A DNA stretch of 63,803 nucleotides, counting the filler, from Cercozoa sp. M6MM (taxonomy: Eukaryota > Protista > Endomyxa: Ascetosporea), in assembly GCA_040357565.1 (NCBI GenBank). It is 7 parts of 7 records of this genome, joined end to end, with 100 filler letters (N's around TTAATTAATTAA, not from the genome) between each part and the next. Parts side by side here need not be neighbours in the genome. Positions count along the whole stretch, not along the records: positions 1 to 26,879 come from JBDODJ010000144.1; 6 more parts are not named here. One strand, given 5' to 3'. Position numbers and translations under genes: made by a program. Below are positions 1 to 12,828 of the stretch, one piece after another; position 1 is the first letter of the stretch, and each line of letters begins with the position of its first letter. The notes under the pieces are model-generated. The model was not told the origin of the DNA. It saw only the letters and a program-made list of their open reading frames with translations, and searched no databases.

Positions 1-41
1 CCCATACCCCATAACCCCCCATAAACCGTGGTGGCACACAG

Positions 42-3000
42 GTGCTGTCGACGCGTTTCACAGGCGTGCTCAAGGCGTGGCTGGCCTTTGCGCGACGCCG
101 CATCGCCGAGACGATGGAGGAGACGCAGGTGCCGCGTCTGACGCACGAGGAGGCGGCCGGCAGCGCGCGGTACCTGCGTCTGGCGCAGCGTCTGGCCCTG
201 CCGTCGCTGCCGTCCGTGCGCGTGCACGTGGTGGCCTGCGGCGGCGTGGGCGAGCAGCGACTGGCCGTGCAGCCGCCGCTGCCACGCGTGCGCTCGCTGC
301 TGATGCGGCAGTTCGCGTCGCTGGTGGCGCGTGTCACCTCGGTGCCGCGTCTGTCGGCGCACGCGCAGGCTGCCTCCCCGGCCTACCCGGGCACCTACAC
401 TGGGACCACGTACACTGGGACCACCTACACAGGACCTGTCCCCGAGGACAGCACCTTCCAGTGCGTTCTGCGGCAGGCCGACGCCACGCTGCTGGCCGAC
501 TGCTACGCCGTCATCGAGGCGCAGATGCGCGGCGCCACGGCCTACGCCTTGCAGTGGCTGTCCTACCAGGCACTGTGGGACCTCGACACTGCCGCCGCCG
601 TGCGCCATCTCGGCGACGACCTGGCGCTGTGGCGCGCCCTCCTGGGCGACATGAAGCGCTCGCGCATGGCCCTGTCCGGCTCGGCCGCTGCCGACGACGG
701 TTCTACCCCTCTGCCCCCGACACTTATCCTGCAACACTAACCCCCCCCCCCAACACTAACCCCCCCAACACTAACCCCCCCCAACACTCCCCCCAACACT
801 AACCCCCCCAACACTCCCCCCAACACCCCCCATGTTACCCGTTACCCCTACAGAGGACGACGAGGAGGCCAACGCGAGACGGCAGTTCGGCCAGATCGCC
901 GTGTGCTTCGGCGCCGTGCAGCGCGATGTGCGCGACAAATACGACAGCGTGCATCGCGACTTCTTGTCTCGGTGCTTGCCTCCTCCGAGTCTCCTGTGTT
1001 ACCGCTTACCCCTCCTCCCCCGCCCCGCCTCCATAGGTTCGGCGAGCGACTGGCGCGCGAGGTGGCCTCGCTGCTGAAGGAGATCGACGGCGGCAAGACG
1101 GCGCTCGAGGACCGCAAGTCGAGCTTCGCCTACGGCACGCTGGCCGACGTGGTCGACAGTGTGCGACGCCTGGCGGCACTGGAGAAACAGGTGTGTGTGT
1201 GACCCATGTGACCACTGACTCATGTGGCCATGTGAGCACTGACTCATGTGGCCACTGAGCCAAGTGAGCACTGAGCCAAGTGAGCACACTGAGCCTATGT
1301 GCACGTGTGTGACTGTGCAGGCCAGTGAGTGGCGCGCACGACTCGAGGTCGACGCGTCGGCCGAGCTGCTGCTGCGACGCGAGCGCAGCTACGCCTTCGC
1401 CGACGACTGGATCGCCGTCGAGCGCGTGCAGGGCCTCTTTGCCGCCTTTGCGCAGGTTTGCCCCCCCCTGCCCCTACTCCTACCCCCTACCCCCTACCCC
1501 CTACCCCTACCCTACCCCTACCCCCTACCCACTACCCCTACTCCCTACCCCCTACCCCTACCCCCTACCCCTACCCCTACCCTCTACCCCTACCCTACTC
1601 CCTACTCCCTACCCTACCCCCTACTCCCTACCCCCTACCCCCTACCCCTACCGCCTACCCCTACCTCCCACCCCCATCTTACCCCCCCCCTCGGTAGATC
1701 GTGGCACGTCGGCGCGTGCAGTTCGAGGCGCAGTCGGAGGCGCTGCGTCGCCGCGTGGCCGACGAGGACGCCGAACTGGCGCGGCGCACCGACGCTCTCC
1801 TGGCGCAGTGGCAGAAGGACCGTCCTGTGGCCGGTGATACCGACCTTGTGACCATCCAGGTAGCTCTGCGTATAGTGTGAAGGGTGGGGTAGGTTGGGAT
1901 AAGGGTAGGGGGGTAAGGGTAGGTGAGGGGGTAAGGGGTAGGTGAGGGGGTAAGGGTAGGGGGGTAAGGGTGGGGGGGGGTAGATAAGTGTCTGTGTGGC
2001 AGTCGGTGCTGTGCGAATTCGGCGCCAAAATGGAGGCGCAGCTCGGCGTGGTGGAGCGCCTGGACGAGGCGCGTGTGGTACCCTTAGTTTCTACACCTGA
2101 CCCCACCTTACCCCCCCCCCTGTCCAGGCACTGGGCATGCCACGCGACGACACGCGGCGGCAGCGACTGGAGGACATGCGCGACGAGGTGGGCGCACTGC
2201 GCGAGGTGGCCAAGGCGCTGCAGCAGGTGTGGACACAGGTGCAGTCGCACAGCGATACGCTCTTTGCCGACTGCGATCCTGTCCAGGTACGTCTATCCCT
2301 GCCCCTACCTCTACCCCTACCCCTACCCCTACCCCTACCCTACCCCTACCCCGACGCCTGTTCCTACCCCTACCCCTACGCCTGTTCCTATTCCTACCCT
2401 ACCCCTCCCCTACGCCTGTTCCTACCCAACTTTACCCCTGCCCTACCCCTACCCCTACCCCACCCCTACCCTACCCCTACCCCTACCCTACCCCTACCCT
2501 ACCCCTACCCCTACCCCTACCCCTACCCCTACCTCTATAGACCTCTACCCCCCCATACTCCTACATCCCCATTACTGCCTACCCCTTTCTTTAGGTACGG
2601 CGCCACTTGGACAGCGCGGTGGACGCGCTGAAGCGCATGCCGAACCGCATCCGGCAGTACGCGGCCTACGACGGCATGCTGCAGCGAGTGCAGCAGCTGC
2701 ACGACATGCACGGCGTGCTGGTCGACCTGTCCGCCGGTGTGCTGCGACCCAAGCATCAGCTGCAGCTGCTCAAGGTCGGACGACTGGACCAGCTGGCCTC
2801 CTCGTGGTACCCTATCCCTACCCCTACCTATACCCCTGTCCCTACCCTACCCCTACCCCTACCCTACCCTACCCCTACCCTACCCTACCCTACCCCTACC
2901 CCTGCCCCTACCCATCCCCTGCCCCTACCCGACCCTACCCTACCCTACCCTACCCTACCCTACCCTACCCTACCCTACCCTACCCTACCCTACCCTACCC

Positions 3001-5155
3001 TACCCTACCCTACCCCTACCCTACTAGGTCACGTCTCACCGTGGGCCACCTGTGGCAGCAGCGGCAGCACCTGCTGCGACCTGAGACGCGATCGGCCATC
3101 GCAGGCATTCTGAACCAGGCGCAGGGCGAGAGTGCCCTCGAGGTACCCCCCCCCCCCTCTACGCCTCCTCTATTATTGACCCCTGTATGTCCTCGGTTCT
3201 TTACCCCTCCCCTCCCCCACCCAACCCCAACAGGGCTTCCTGTCGACACTGTCGGAGGAGTGGCACGAGCTGCAATTCGAACTGGTGCGCTACCAGAGCA
3301 AGTGCTGGCTGGCGCGCAACTTTGCCGCACTCAGCGAGTTCGTGGCCGAGCAGCTGCAGGAGCTGAGCAACATGAAGCAGTCGCCGTACTTCAAGCCGTT
3401 CCGCGAGCAGTGCCACACCTGGGAGAACAAGCTCAATCGAGCACAGGCCATCCTGGACCTGCAAGTCGACGTGCAGCGACGGTACCTCCCTCCCACCCTA
3501 CCCTACCCTACCCTACCCTACCCTACCCTATCCCCACCTACTCTACCCTATCCCCACCTACCCCACCCTATCCCCACCCTATCCCCACCTACCCTAACCT
3601 ACCCTAACCTACCCTAACCTACCCTACCCTACCCTAACCTATCCCAGCCTACCCCACCCTACCCCCACCTATCCCCACCCTACCCTACCCTAACCTACCC
3701 TACCCTACCCCACCCTATCCCCACCTACCCCAGCCTATCCTACCCAACCCTACCCTAACCTACCCCAGCCTATCCCCACCTACCCTACCCTACCCTACCA
3801 CCCCACCCTATCCCCACCCACCCTACCCTACCCCCTACCCCACCTAGATGGCTCTACCTGGAGGGTGTGTTCCGCAACTCGGCCGACGTGCAGCGGCAGC
3901 TCGGCGCGCAGTTCCGCCAGTTCGAGCGCTTCGACCGCGAGTTCGTGGCGCTGATGCGCGCCGTGCACGCCGACGCCACGGTCGACGTCTGGGTGGCCGA
4001 GGAGCAGCGTCTGCTGGCGCGACTCGAGGCCGACACGGCCGCACTGGACGCCATCCAGAAGGCGCTGGCCAAGTACCTCGAGACGCAGCGCGCGCAGTTC
4101 CCGCGCTTCTACTTTGTGGGCGACGAGGACCTCCTCGAGATCATCGGCAACGCGCGCGACCCGCAGAACGTCGTGCGCCACATGGCCAAGATGTTCGCCG
4201 GCATCGCTGCGCTCGTCTTCCGCGCGGACACTGCTTCTGACCAGCCGACTGACCAGCCGACTGACCAGGCGGACGACCAGGCGGACGACCGCGCGGACAG
4301 CGTGATCGTGGGCATGCAGTCGCGCGAGGGCGAGCGCGTGCTGCTGCGCGAGCCGGTGGACGTGCGGCAGCACAAGTCGGTGCAGGGCTGGCTGCGCGCG
4401 CTGGAGCACCAGATGCGCCTCACGCTGGCCTCGCTGCTGGAGGAGGCCGTGCGCACCAGTCCCTACAGTCAGGGTCGAATCAGTCAGGGTCCGACCGGTC
4501 AGGGTCAGGTGGACCAGGGTCAGGTGGACCAGCAGGAGGACTCGGCCGACGTGCTGACCTGGGTGGAGCGCTTCCCGTCGCAGGTGGTGCTGCTGGCCTC
4601 GCAGGTGGCCTACTCGGCGCAGGTCGAGCGCTGCCTCACTGCCATGTCCCAGTCTGCCATGTCCTCCAGGGACAGTGAGACCCGCGACAGTGAGACCCAC
4701 GAGGACAGCGAGGACCGGCCGAGTGCCTTGCAGCAGGTACTGGCGACGACGGAGCAGACGCTGCTGCTGCTGTCGCAGCGCGTGCTGGAGCAGTCGCTGG
4801 CGGCCGAGGTGCGCAAGAAGCTCGAGCAGCTCATCACGGAGCTCGTGTACCAGCGCGACGTGACGCGGCGCCTGCTGCGGCAGCGCGTGCGCTCGCCCGA
4901 CGACTTTGCCTGGCTGCGCCAGATGCGGTTCTACTGGACGCCCGACGCCTCGCGCCCGCTGCTGCAGCGCCTGCAGATTCGCGTGTCGCGCGCGCGCTTC
5001 TTCTACGGCTTCGAGTACCTCGGCGTGGCCGAGCGACTCGTGCAGACGCCGCTGTCCGACCGCGCCTACCTCACGCTGTGCGAGGCGCTGCACGCGCGCT
5101 TTGGCGCCAATCCTTTCGGCCCGGCCGGCACTGGTACTGTGTCACTCTATATATA

Positions 5156-5190
<35 letters not shown>

Positions 5191-5240
5191 GTATCTTTGT
5201 ATCTTTACTATATATAATATCTGTATCTTTGTATCTTTTC

Positions 5241-5271
<31 letters not shown>

Positions 5272-8200
5272 TGATATGCAGATACTAAAGATAATAGTGC
5301 TGAAACACGTGTGTATGTACAGGCAAGACGGAGACGGTGAAGGCACTGGGCGCGCAGCTGGGCCGCTTCGTGCTGGTGTTCAACTGCGACGAGGCGTTCG
5401 ACCTGCAGGCGATGGGCCGCATCTTCACGGGCCTGTGCCAGGTGGGCGCCTGGGGCTGCTTCGATGAGTTCAACCGGCTGCACGAGCAGATCCTGTCGTC
5501 GGTGTCGCAGCAGATCCTGGCCATCCAGACCGGTCTGCGGCAGCGCCGGCAGCACAGCGAGGACGGGCAGCTCGAGAAACAGCAAGAGCCGCAGCGTATC
5601 ACGCTGCTGAACAAGCAGGTGCTGCTGCACCCGGATGTGGGCCTGTTCGTCACCATGAACCCGGGCTACGCCGGTCGCTCCGAGCTCCCGGACAACCTCA
5701 AGTCGCTGTTCCGACCGCTGGCGATGATCAAGCCGGACAAGCGCATGATCGCGCAGGTCATGATGTTCAGTCAGGGCTTCGAGACCGCCGAGTCGCTGGC
5801 GCACAAGGTCGTCCTGCTGTTCGAGCTGTGCCGCGACCAGCTCAGCGCGCAGTCGCACTACGACTTCGGCCTGCGCGCGCTCAAGTCCATGCTGCGCTCG
5901 GCCGGCGCACTCAAGCGGCAGTTCCACGCCTCTGCCGACTGCGACCCCGAGGTGTCTGCCCCTGTCTGTCTGTGTGTATACATGTATATATATATAGTAC
6001 ATATTTATATATATAGTGTGTATATATATAGTACATATAAATATATAGTACATATATATATACATATAGTATATTCTAAATAGTGTAATACAGAGATACA
6101 GCAAGTGTGAATGTGTGATAACGGGGATGCAGACCGACAGGTTCGCGGCGTTGCGCGGGCGATCGGCGTCGCTGGCGGAGGTGGAGCGCTTCATGCTGCT
6201 GCGCGCGCTGCAGAGCACGGTGACGCCCAAGCTGGTGGCCAGCGACGTCGTGCTGTTCGAGTCGCTGCTGGCCACGGTGTTCCCGGAGCGACCGGACACG
6301 TCGCTGGACCTGCGGCAGTTCGAGCCGGTGCTGCGCGAGTACTGCGAGCGACGCGACCTGGTGTTCGGCGCCGCGTGGTTCGACAAGCTCATGCAGCTCT
6401 ACGTGATCCAGAGCATCACGCACGGCGTCATGTGCGTCGGACCGGCCGGCAGTGGCAAGTCGACGGCGTGGCGCGCGCTGCTGCACGCCATGGACGCGCT
6501 AGACGGCGGCAGCACCGAGACCTACGTGCTGGATCCCAAGGCCATCAGCAAGGACGAGCTCTACGGCGTGCTGGACCCCACCACCCTCGAGTGGACCGAC
6601 GGTATCTTCACGCGCACGCTGCGCGACGTGCTGGCCAACGTGCGCGGCGAGGCCGACCGCCGCCACTGGATCGTCTTTGACGGCGACGTCGATCCCGAGT
6701 GGGCCGAGAACCTCAACTCGGTGCTCGATGGTAGTGGCCCTCCTCCCTTGCCACACCGACCATTCCTACCCTTTACCCCTACCCACTATCCCTACCCACT
6801 ATCCCTACCTACTATATCTACCTACTATCCCTACCTACTATCCCTACCTACTATCCCTACCTACNNNNNNNNNNCCTACTATCCCTACCTACTATCCCTA
6901 CCTACTATCCCTACCTACTATACCTACCCACTATCCCTACCTACTATTCCTACGTACTATCCCTACTTACTAGACCTACCTACCTACAATACCTGCCTAC
7001 AATACCTGCCTACTATACCTACTTACTATCCCTACTTACTACCCATGCTTACTACCCCTACTTCCACCTACTATACCTACTTCCACCTACCGTACCTCCA
7101 CCTACTACCCTACCCCGACCTACTACACCCCAGACAACAAGCTGCTGACGCTGCCGAACGGCGAGCGACTGCAGCTGACGCCGAACATTCGCATCGTGTT
7201 CGAGACGCACTCGCTGGAGCATGCGACGCCGGCCACGGTGTCGCGCTGCGGCATGGTGTGGTTCAACGGCGGCGATGTGGTGACGCGCGACATGCTGCTG
7301 GAGCACCGTCTGCGCCGACTGGGCAGCACGCCAGTGCGCACGGCCAATGTGCTGGCAGGTGTCTCAGCTGGTGCTACTGGTACCAGCAACAGTACCGGCA
7401 CTGGCACAGGTACCTCTGGTGCCGCCGGAAGCGGCAAGACGACAGGCGAGTACCTGCACGTGAACCGCGTGTTTGCCAACGCGGTGCGACCGCTGTTGGC
7501 GACGGCCGAGGCGCCGCTGCGCCGCCTGCTGGACTGGGTGGCCGCCTCGCAGCAGGCAGCGGCGCACGTGATGCGTTTCCAGCACACGCGTGCCGTCGAC
7601 TCGCTCTTCACGCTGCTGCACGGCGGCATCGAGCACGTGCTCGACCACGCTGCCTGCGCCGAGACCGACCTGTCGCTCTCGCCGCTCACGGACGACCAAG
7701 TCGCCAAGTACGCCGCGCGCTTCGCTGTGCAGGTAGCCCTCTCCCTGCCCTTTCTCCCTGCCCTTTCTCCCTGCCCTTTCTCCCTTCCCTATAACCCACC
7801 CTTACCCATCCCCTTTAACCCTCCCTTACCCATCCCCTTTAACCCTCCCTTACCCATCTCCTTTAACCCTCCCCCTGAGTACAGGCAGCGATGTGGGCCT
7901 TTGGCGGCTCGATGTCGCTCAAGCAGCGTCACGTGATGAGTGACCACGTGGCACGCGAGCTGGGTGACGAGCTGGGCGACCTGCTTCCGCGCGGACTCAG
8001 TGCCGATGCCGGTGCCAAGGCATGCGACGCCGCCGCTGCTGTCGGTGACAACGACAGCGACGTCGAGGACGCCGAGTCTACTAACGGTTTTACCCCCCTC
8101 CCCCCTCCACACACACACACACACACACGCACACACACACACATACACACGCACACACACACACACACACACGCACACACACACACGCACACACACACAC

Positions 8201-9126
8201 CCTACCCTGACTCGCATGCCCTGCTGGCTGTGACCCCACCCGCCCACAGAACTGCCCCTGCTGGACTGGCGCGTGGACGTGCGTACGCAGGAGTGGCAGT
8301 CGTGGCAGTCGCAGGTGCCGGCGGCGGGCGAGCTGGAGGCGGCCGACGTGACGCGCAGCGACCTGGTGATCGAGACGGTGGACACGGTGCGGCACGCGGC
8401 CACTCTGCGGCCCTGGCTGCTGCGGCAGCGACCGCTGATCCTGTGCGGCCCGCCCGGCTCGGGCAAGTCCATGACTCTGGCCTCCTTGCTGCGCGGCAGT
8501 CAGGATGCCTTCGAACTAGTGACGCTCAACTTCTCCAGCAGCACCGACTGCGCCCTACTGCACCAGGCACCGTGTCCTCTACCTACCCCACCCTATGCCC
8601 CACCCTATGCCCCGCCCCTGTGCCCCACCCTATGCCCCCCCCCTGTGTCCCCCCCTTCCCCCTCCCCCCCCCCCCCCTGTGCAGATACTGGACTCGCAGT
8701 GCGAGGTGGTGCGGCAGGGCAGCGAGTACGTGATGCAGCCCAAGCAGCAGGGCAAGTGGCTCGTGCTCTTCTGCGACGAGATCAACCTGCCTGCCGCCGA
8801 TGCGTACGGCACGCAGGCCGTTATTGCCTTGCTACGACAGGTTGCCTACCCTCAGTCCTACCTCTACCCTACCCCTGCCCCTGTCCCTACCCCTACCCTA
8901 CTCCTACCCCTACCCTACCCCTGCTCCTATCCCTACCCCTACCCTCCCTACCCTACCCCTACCCTCCCTACCCTACGTCTTACGCCCCCCTGTAGCTGCT
9001 GGACCACGGCGGCATGTACAAGAAGGTGGGCGCGCAGCTGCAGTTCGTGCGACTGCGCCGTGTGCAGATCGTCGGCGCCTGCAATCCACCCACGGATGCC
9101 GGTCGTGTGCCGCTGCATGAGGTATG

Positions 9127-9174
<48 letters not shown>

Positions 9175-9184
9175 NNNNNNNNNN

Positions 9185-9236
<52 letters not shown>

Positions 9237-12200
9237 CCCATCCGCCCCCTACCCCTACTACCTACGTCCTGCGCAGCGGTTCCTGCGCCACTGTCCGCTG
9301 GTGTTTGTGGACTTCCCGAGTCGCGCGGCACTGACGCAGATCTACGGCACGCTGAGCAAGGCGGTGCTGCGACTGGTGCCGGCGCTGCGGCAGGCGGTGT
9401 GGCGGCCGCTGACGGGCGCCATGGTGGACGTCTACCTGGCGTCGCAGCGGCGCTTCACGCCGGACCAGCACGCGCACTACATCTACTCGCCGCGCGAGTT
9501 GTCGCGCTGGGTGCGCGCACTGCACGAGGCGCTGCGCAACACCAATGCGTCCTCGGACTTTGGTGCTTCCAACTTTGGTGCTTCGGACTTTGCTGCAGGC
9601 GGTACGGGCACCGACGCTCTCGGCCTCGACGGCGTCGTGCGACTCTGGGCGCACGAGGCGCTGCGTCTGTTCCAGGACCGCCTGGTGTCGCCGGCCGAGC
9701 GACAGTGGATGTCCGACTGCATCGATCGCGTCGCGCGCCGCCGCTTCCTGCTGTCGGGCCTGCTGGCCGCTGGTACTGTCCCCCCTCCCCCGCCTTTCTA
9801 TTTACCCCCTCCCCACCCCCAGACGGTAATGGCGAGGAGCGACTGAAGCATGTGTTGCGTCGTCCCATGCTGTACACGGACTGGCTGACGCAGTCGTATG
9901 ACAGGTAGTCCCTACTCTCTACCCCTACTCTCTACCCCCTGCCCCCTACCCCTACTCTCCCTACGCTCTACCCCTACCCCTACTCTCCCTACGCTCTACC
10001 CCTACTCTCTACCCCCTACTCTCTACCTACTCGCTACCCTACTCTCTACCCCCTCCCCGTAGTGTGGAGCTGGAGGAGGCGCGCGCGCACATAATCCAGC
10101 GCCTGAAGGTGTTCCGCGAGGAGGAGATCGACGTGAAACTGGTCGTGTTCGACGACGTGGTGCACCACATCCTGCGCATCGACCGCGTGCTGCGACAGCC
10201 GCTGGGACACATGCTGCTGGTCGGTGCCTCGGGTGCCGGCAAGACTGTGCTGTCGCGCTTCGTCGCCTGGATGAACAACATGTCGGCCTTCCAGATCAAG
10301 GTGTGTGCCTAGTCATCCCCTGTCCTACTCATCCCCTACCCCTACCCATCCCCTACCCATCACCCTGCCCTACCCATTCCCTACCTCTACCCATCCCCTA
10401 CCCCTACCTATCATCCTGCCCTACCCATCCCCTACCCCTACCCATTCCCTACCTCTACCCATCCCCTACCCCCCCTAAACCCCTACCCCACACCCCCCCC
10501 CCCCAGGTGCACCGAGGCTACACGGCGGCGGACTTTGACCACGACCTGCGACAGCTACTGCTGCGTGCCGGGTGTCAGGACGAGCGCATCTGCTTCATCT
10601 TCGATGAGAGCAACGTGCTGGACACGGCCTTCCTGGAGCGCATGAACTCGCTGCTGGCCAGCGGCGAGGTGCCCGGTCTCTTCGACGCCGACGCCGACGC
10701 CGCCGCACTCATGCAGCAGTGTCGCGACAGTGCGCGAGCCGAAGGCGTTGTCGGGGCCGACACTCTCTCGGAGGAGGCGCTACTGCGCCGCTTCCTGCGA
10801 CGCGTGCAGCGCAACCTGCACGTGGTCTTCACCATGAATCCCAGCGACAGCGACTTTGACAACCGTGCCGCCACCTCGCCGGCTCTCTTCAACCGGTAGC
10901 TTGTCCTCCTGCCCGTCCTACCTCCTGCACCCACCTACCCCTGCACCCACCTACTGCAGTTGTGTCGTCGACTGGTTCGGCGAGTGGAGTCAGCGCGCAC
11001 TGCAGCAGGTATCCTTGACCCCCTTAACCTCTCCCCCCCCCCCCCACCCCCGCACCTTGTACCTGCATAGGTGGGCGACGAGTTCACGGCGCACCTCGAC
11101 CTGGGTAACATGGTGGACACGTCGGCCGAAGCGACAGGTGCAGACACAGGCGACAGTGATGGCGACGAGGTACGACAACGCGTGGTGCAGATGCTGGTGC
11201 ACGTGCACGAGTCTGTGCGCCGTCTGTCGGCGCGGCAGCGCAAGCGCACCGGACTGGGCACCTACGTGACGCCGCGGCACTTCCTGGACATGATCCGGCA
11301 CCTGGACGTGCTGGTGGCGCAGCAGCACAGCCGGCTGCTGGAGCACGAGCGGCACCTCCAGGCCGGTCTGCGGCAGCTGCGCGACACGGAGCAGGATGTG
11401 GCGCAGCGCCGCGTGCAGCTCGGCCACAAGCGCCTCGAGCTCGACGACAAGAACCGCGAGGCCAACGCCAAGCTCGAGCAAATGATGGTCGACCAGCGCG
11501 CTGCCTCCAAGCACAAGGTGTGTGCTCCCCTGCCTCTACATCTGTATTCAATGAGTGTTACACACGGTACATACATTAATGTGTGTGTGTGTTTATGTGT
11601 GTGTGCTTACCTACAGGACGAGAGCGAGGCACTCAAGGCCGACATCACGCAGCGCAGTGCCGAGATTGCGCGGCGCCGCGACGAGGTCGAGCGCGACCTG
11701 TCGCAGGTGGAGCCGATGCTGCAGGCCGCCAAGTCGGCCGTGCAGAGCATCCGCAAGGAGAACCTCAGCGAGCTGACGGCCATGAGCAACCCGCCCGTGC
11801 TGGTGAAACTCACGCTCGAGGCCGTCACCATCCTGCTCGGACGCAGCGCCGGCCCGGCCTCGTGGACCGACATCCGACGCATGATCCGACAGGTGCACCT
11901 GCCCTATACATATTTATATGTTTCTTTATATATATGTATATATATATATATATATATTTATATCTTATTTATTTATTTATTTATTTATTTATTTGTTTAT
12001 ATATACCTATACGTACACATACTATACATATTTTACTCATAAATTTACAAGTCCACATTATATATATATATATATATTTATACATGTATAAGTACATACG
12101 TTTATAATATATATTTATTTATTATATATTATTTATTTCTGTGTGTAGAGAGACTTTGTGTCGTCGATCCTCGGGTTCCAGTCGGACCAGATCACACCGT

Positions 12201-12776
12201 CGGCACGTGCCACGGTGCAGAACGAGTACCTCAACGCGCCGCAGTGGGACCTCGCCAAGATCAACCGCGCCTCGCGCGCCTGCGGACCGCTGGCACAGTG
12301 GGTGCAGTCGCAGTTGCAGTACGCTACCGTCCTGTCACAGGTACATGTGTACTTGGAGCCTGTCCATTGTAGCCTGTCCATATGTACCTGTTGCATGTAC
12401 CGTACAGGTGGACCCGATGCGACGCGAGATGGACCAGCTGCAGCAGGAGCTGGATAAACTCGGCTCGCAGCACGCGCAGCTCGAGCACGAAATCGGCGAC
12501 CTGGAAAGCCGCATCGCGCAGTACAAGGAGGAGTACAAGGTGCCACCCCTACTATCTTTCTACTGCTCTGCTTGTCTGCACCAGCAAGCTGGTGTGTGTG
12601 TATACCCTTGGTGCAGCACCTGGTCACGGCGTGCGAGCGCATCCGCGTGGAGACGCAGGAGGTGGCCACCAAGGTGCAGCGCAGCGTCGACCTGGTGGAC
12701 AAACTCGGCGACGAGCGGCGTCGCTGGACGGCGCAGACGGGCGACCTGGCGCGCTCGCTGCGCACGCTGCCTGGTG

Positions 12777-12828
<52 letters not shown>

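Noticed and set aside
1246-3617. Long Pro/Tyr/Thr/Leu-rich ORFs (PYPYPTPTP..., extensin-like)
   Set aside because: They are read-throughs of (C3-4TA)n introns. Removing the GT-AG bounded tracts restores the dynein frame.
8110-9230. CVCVCV / HTHTHT ORFs as metal-binding proteins
   Set aside because: Translations of intronic (CA)n/(GT)n microsatellites, which recur throughout the window.
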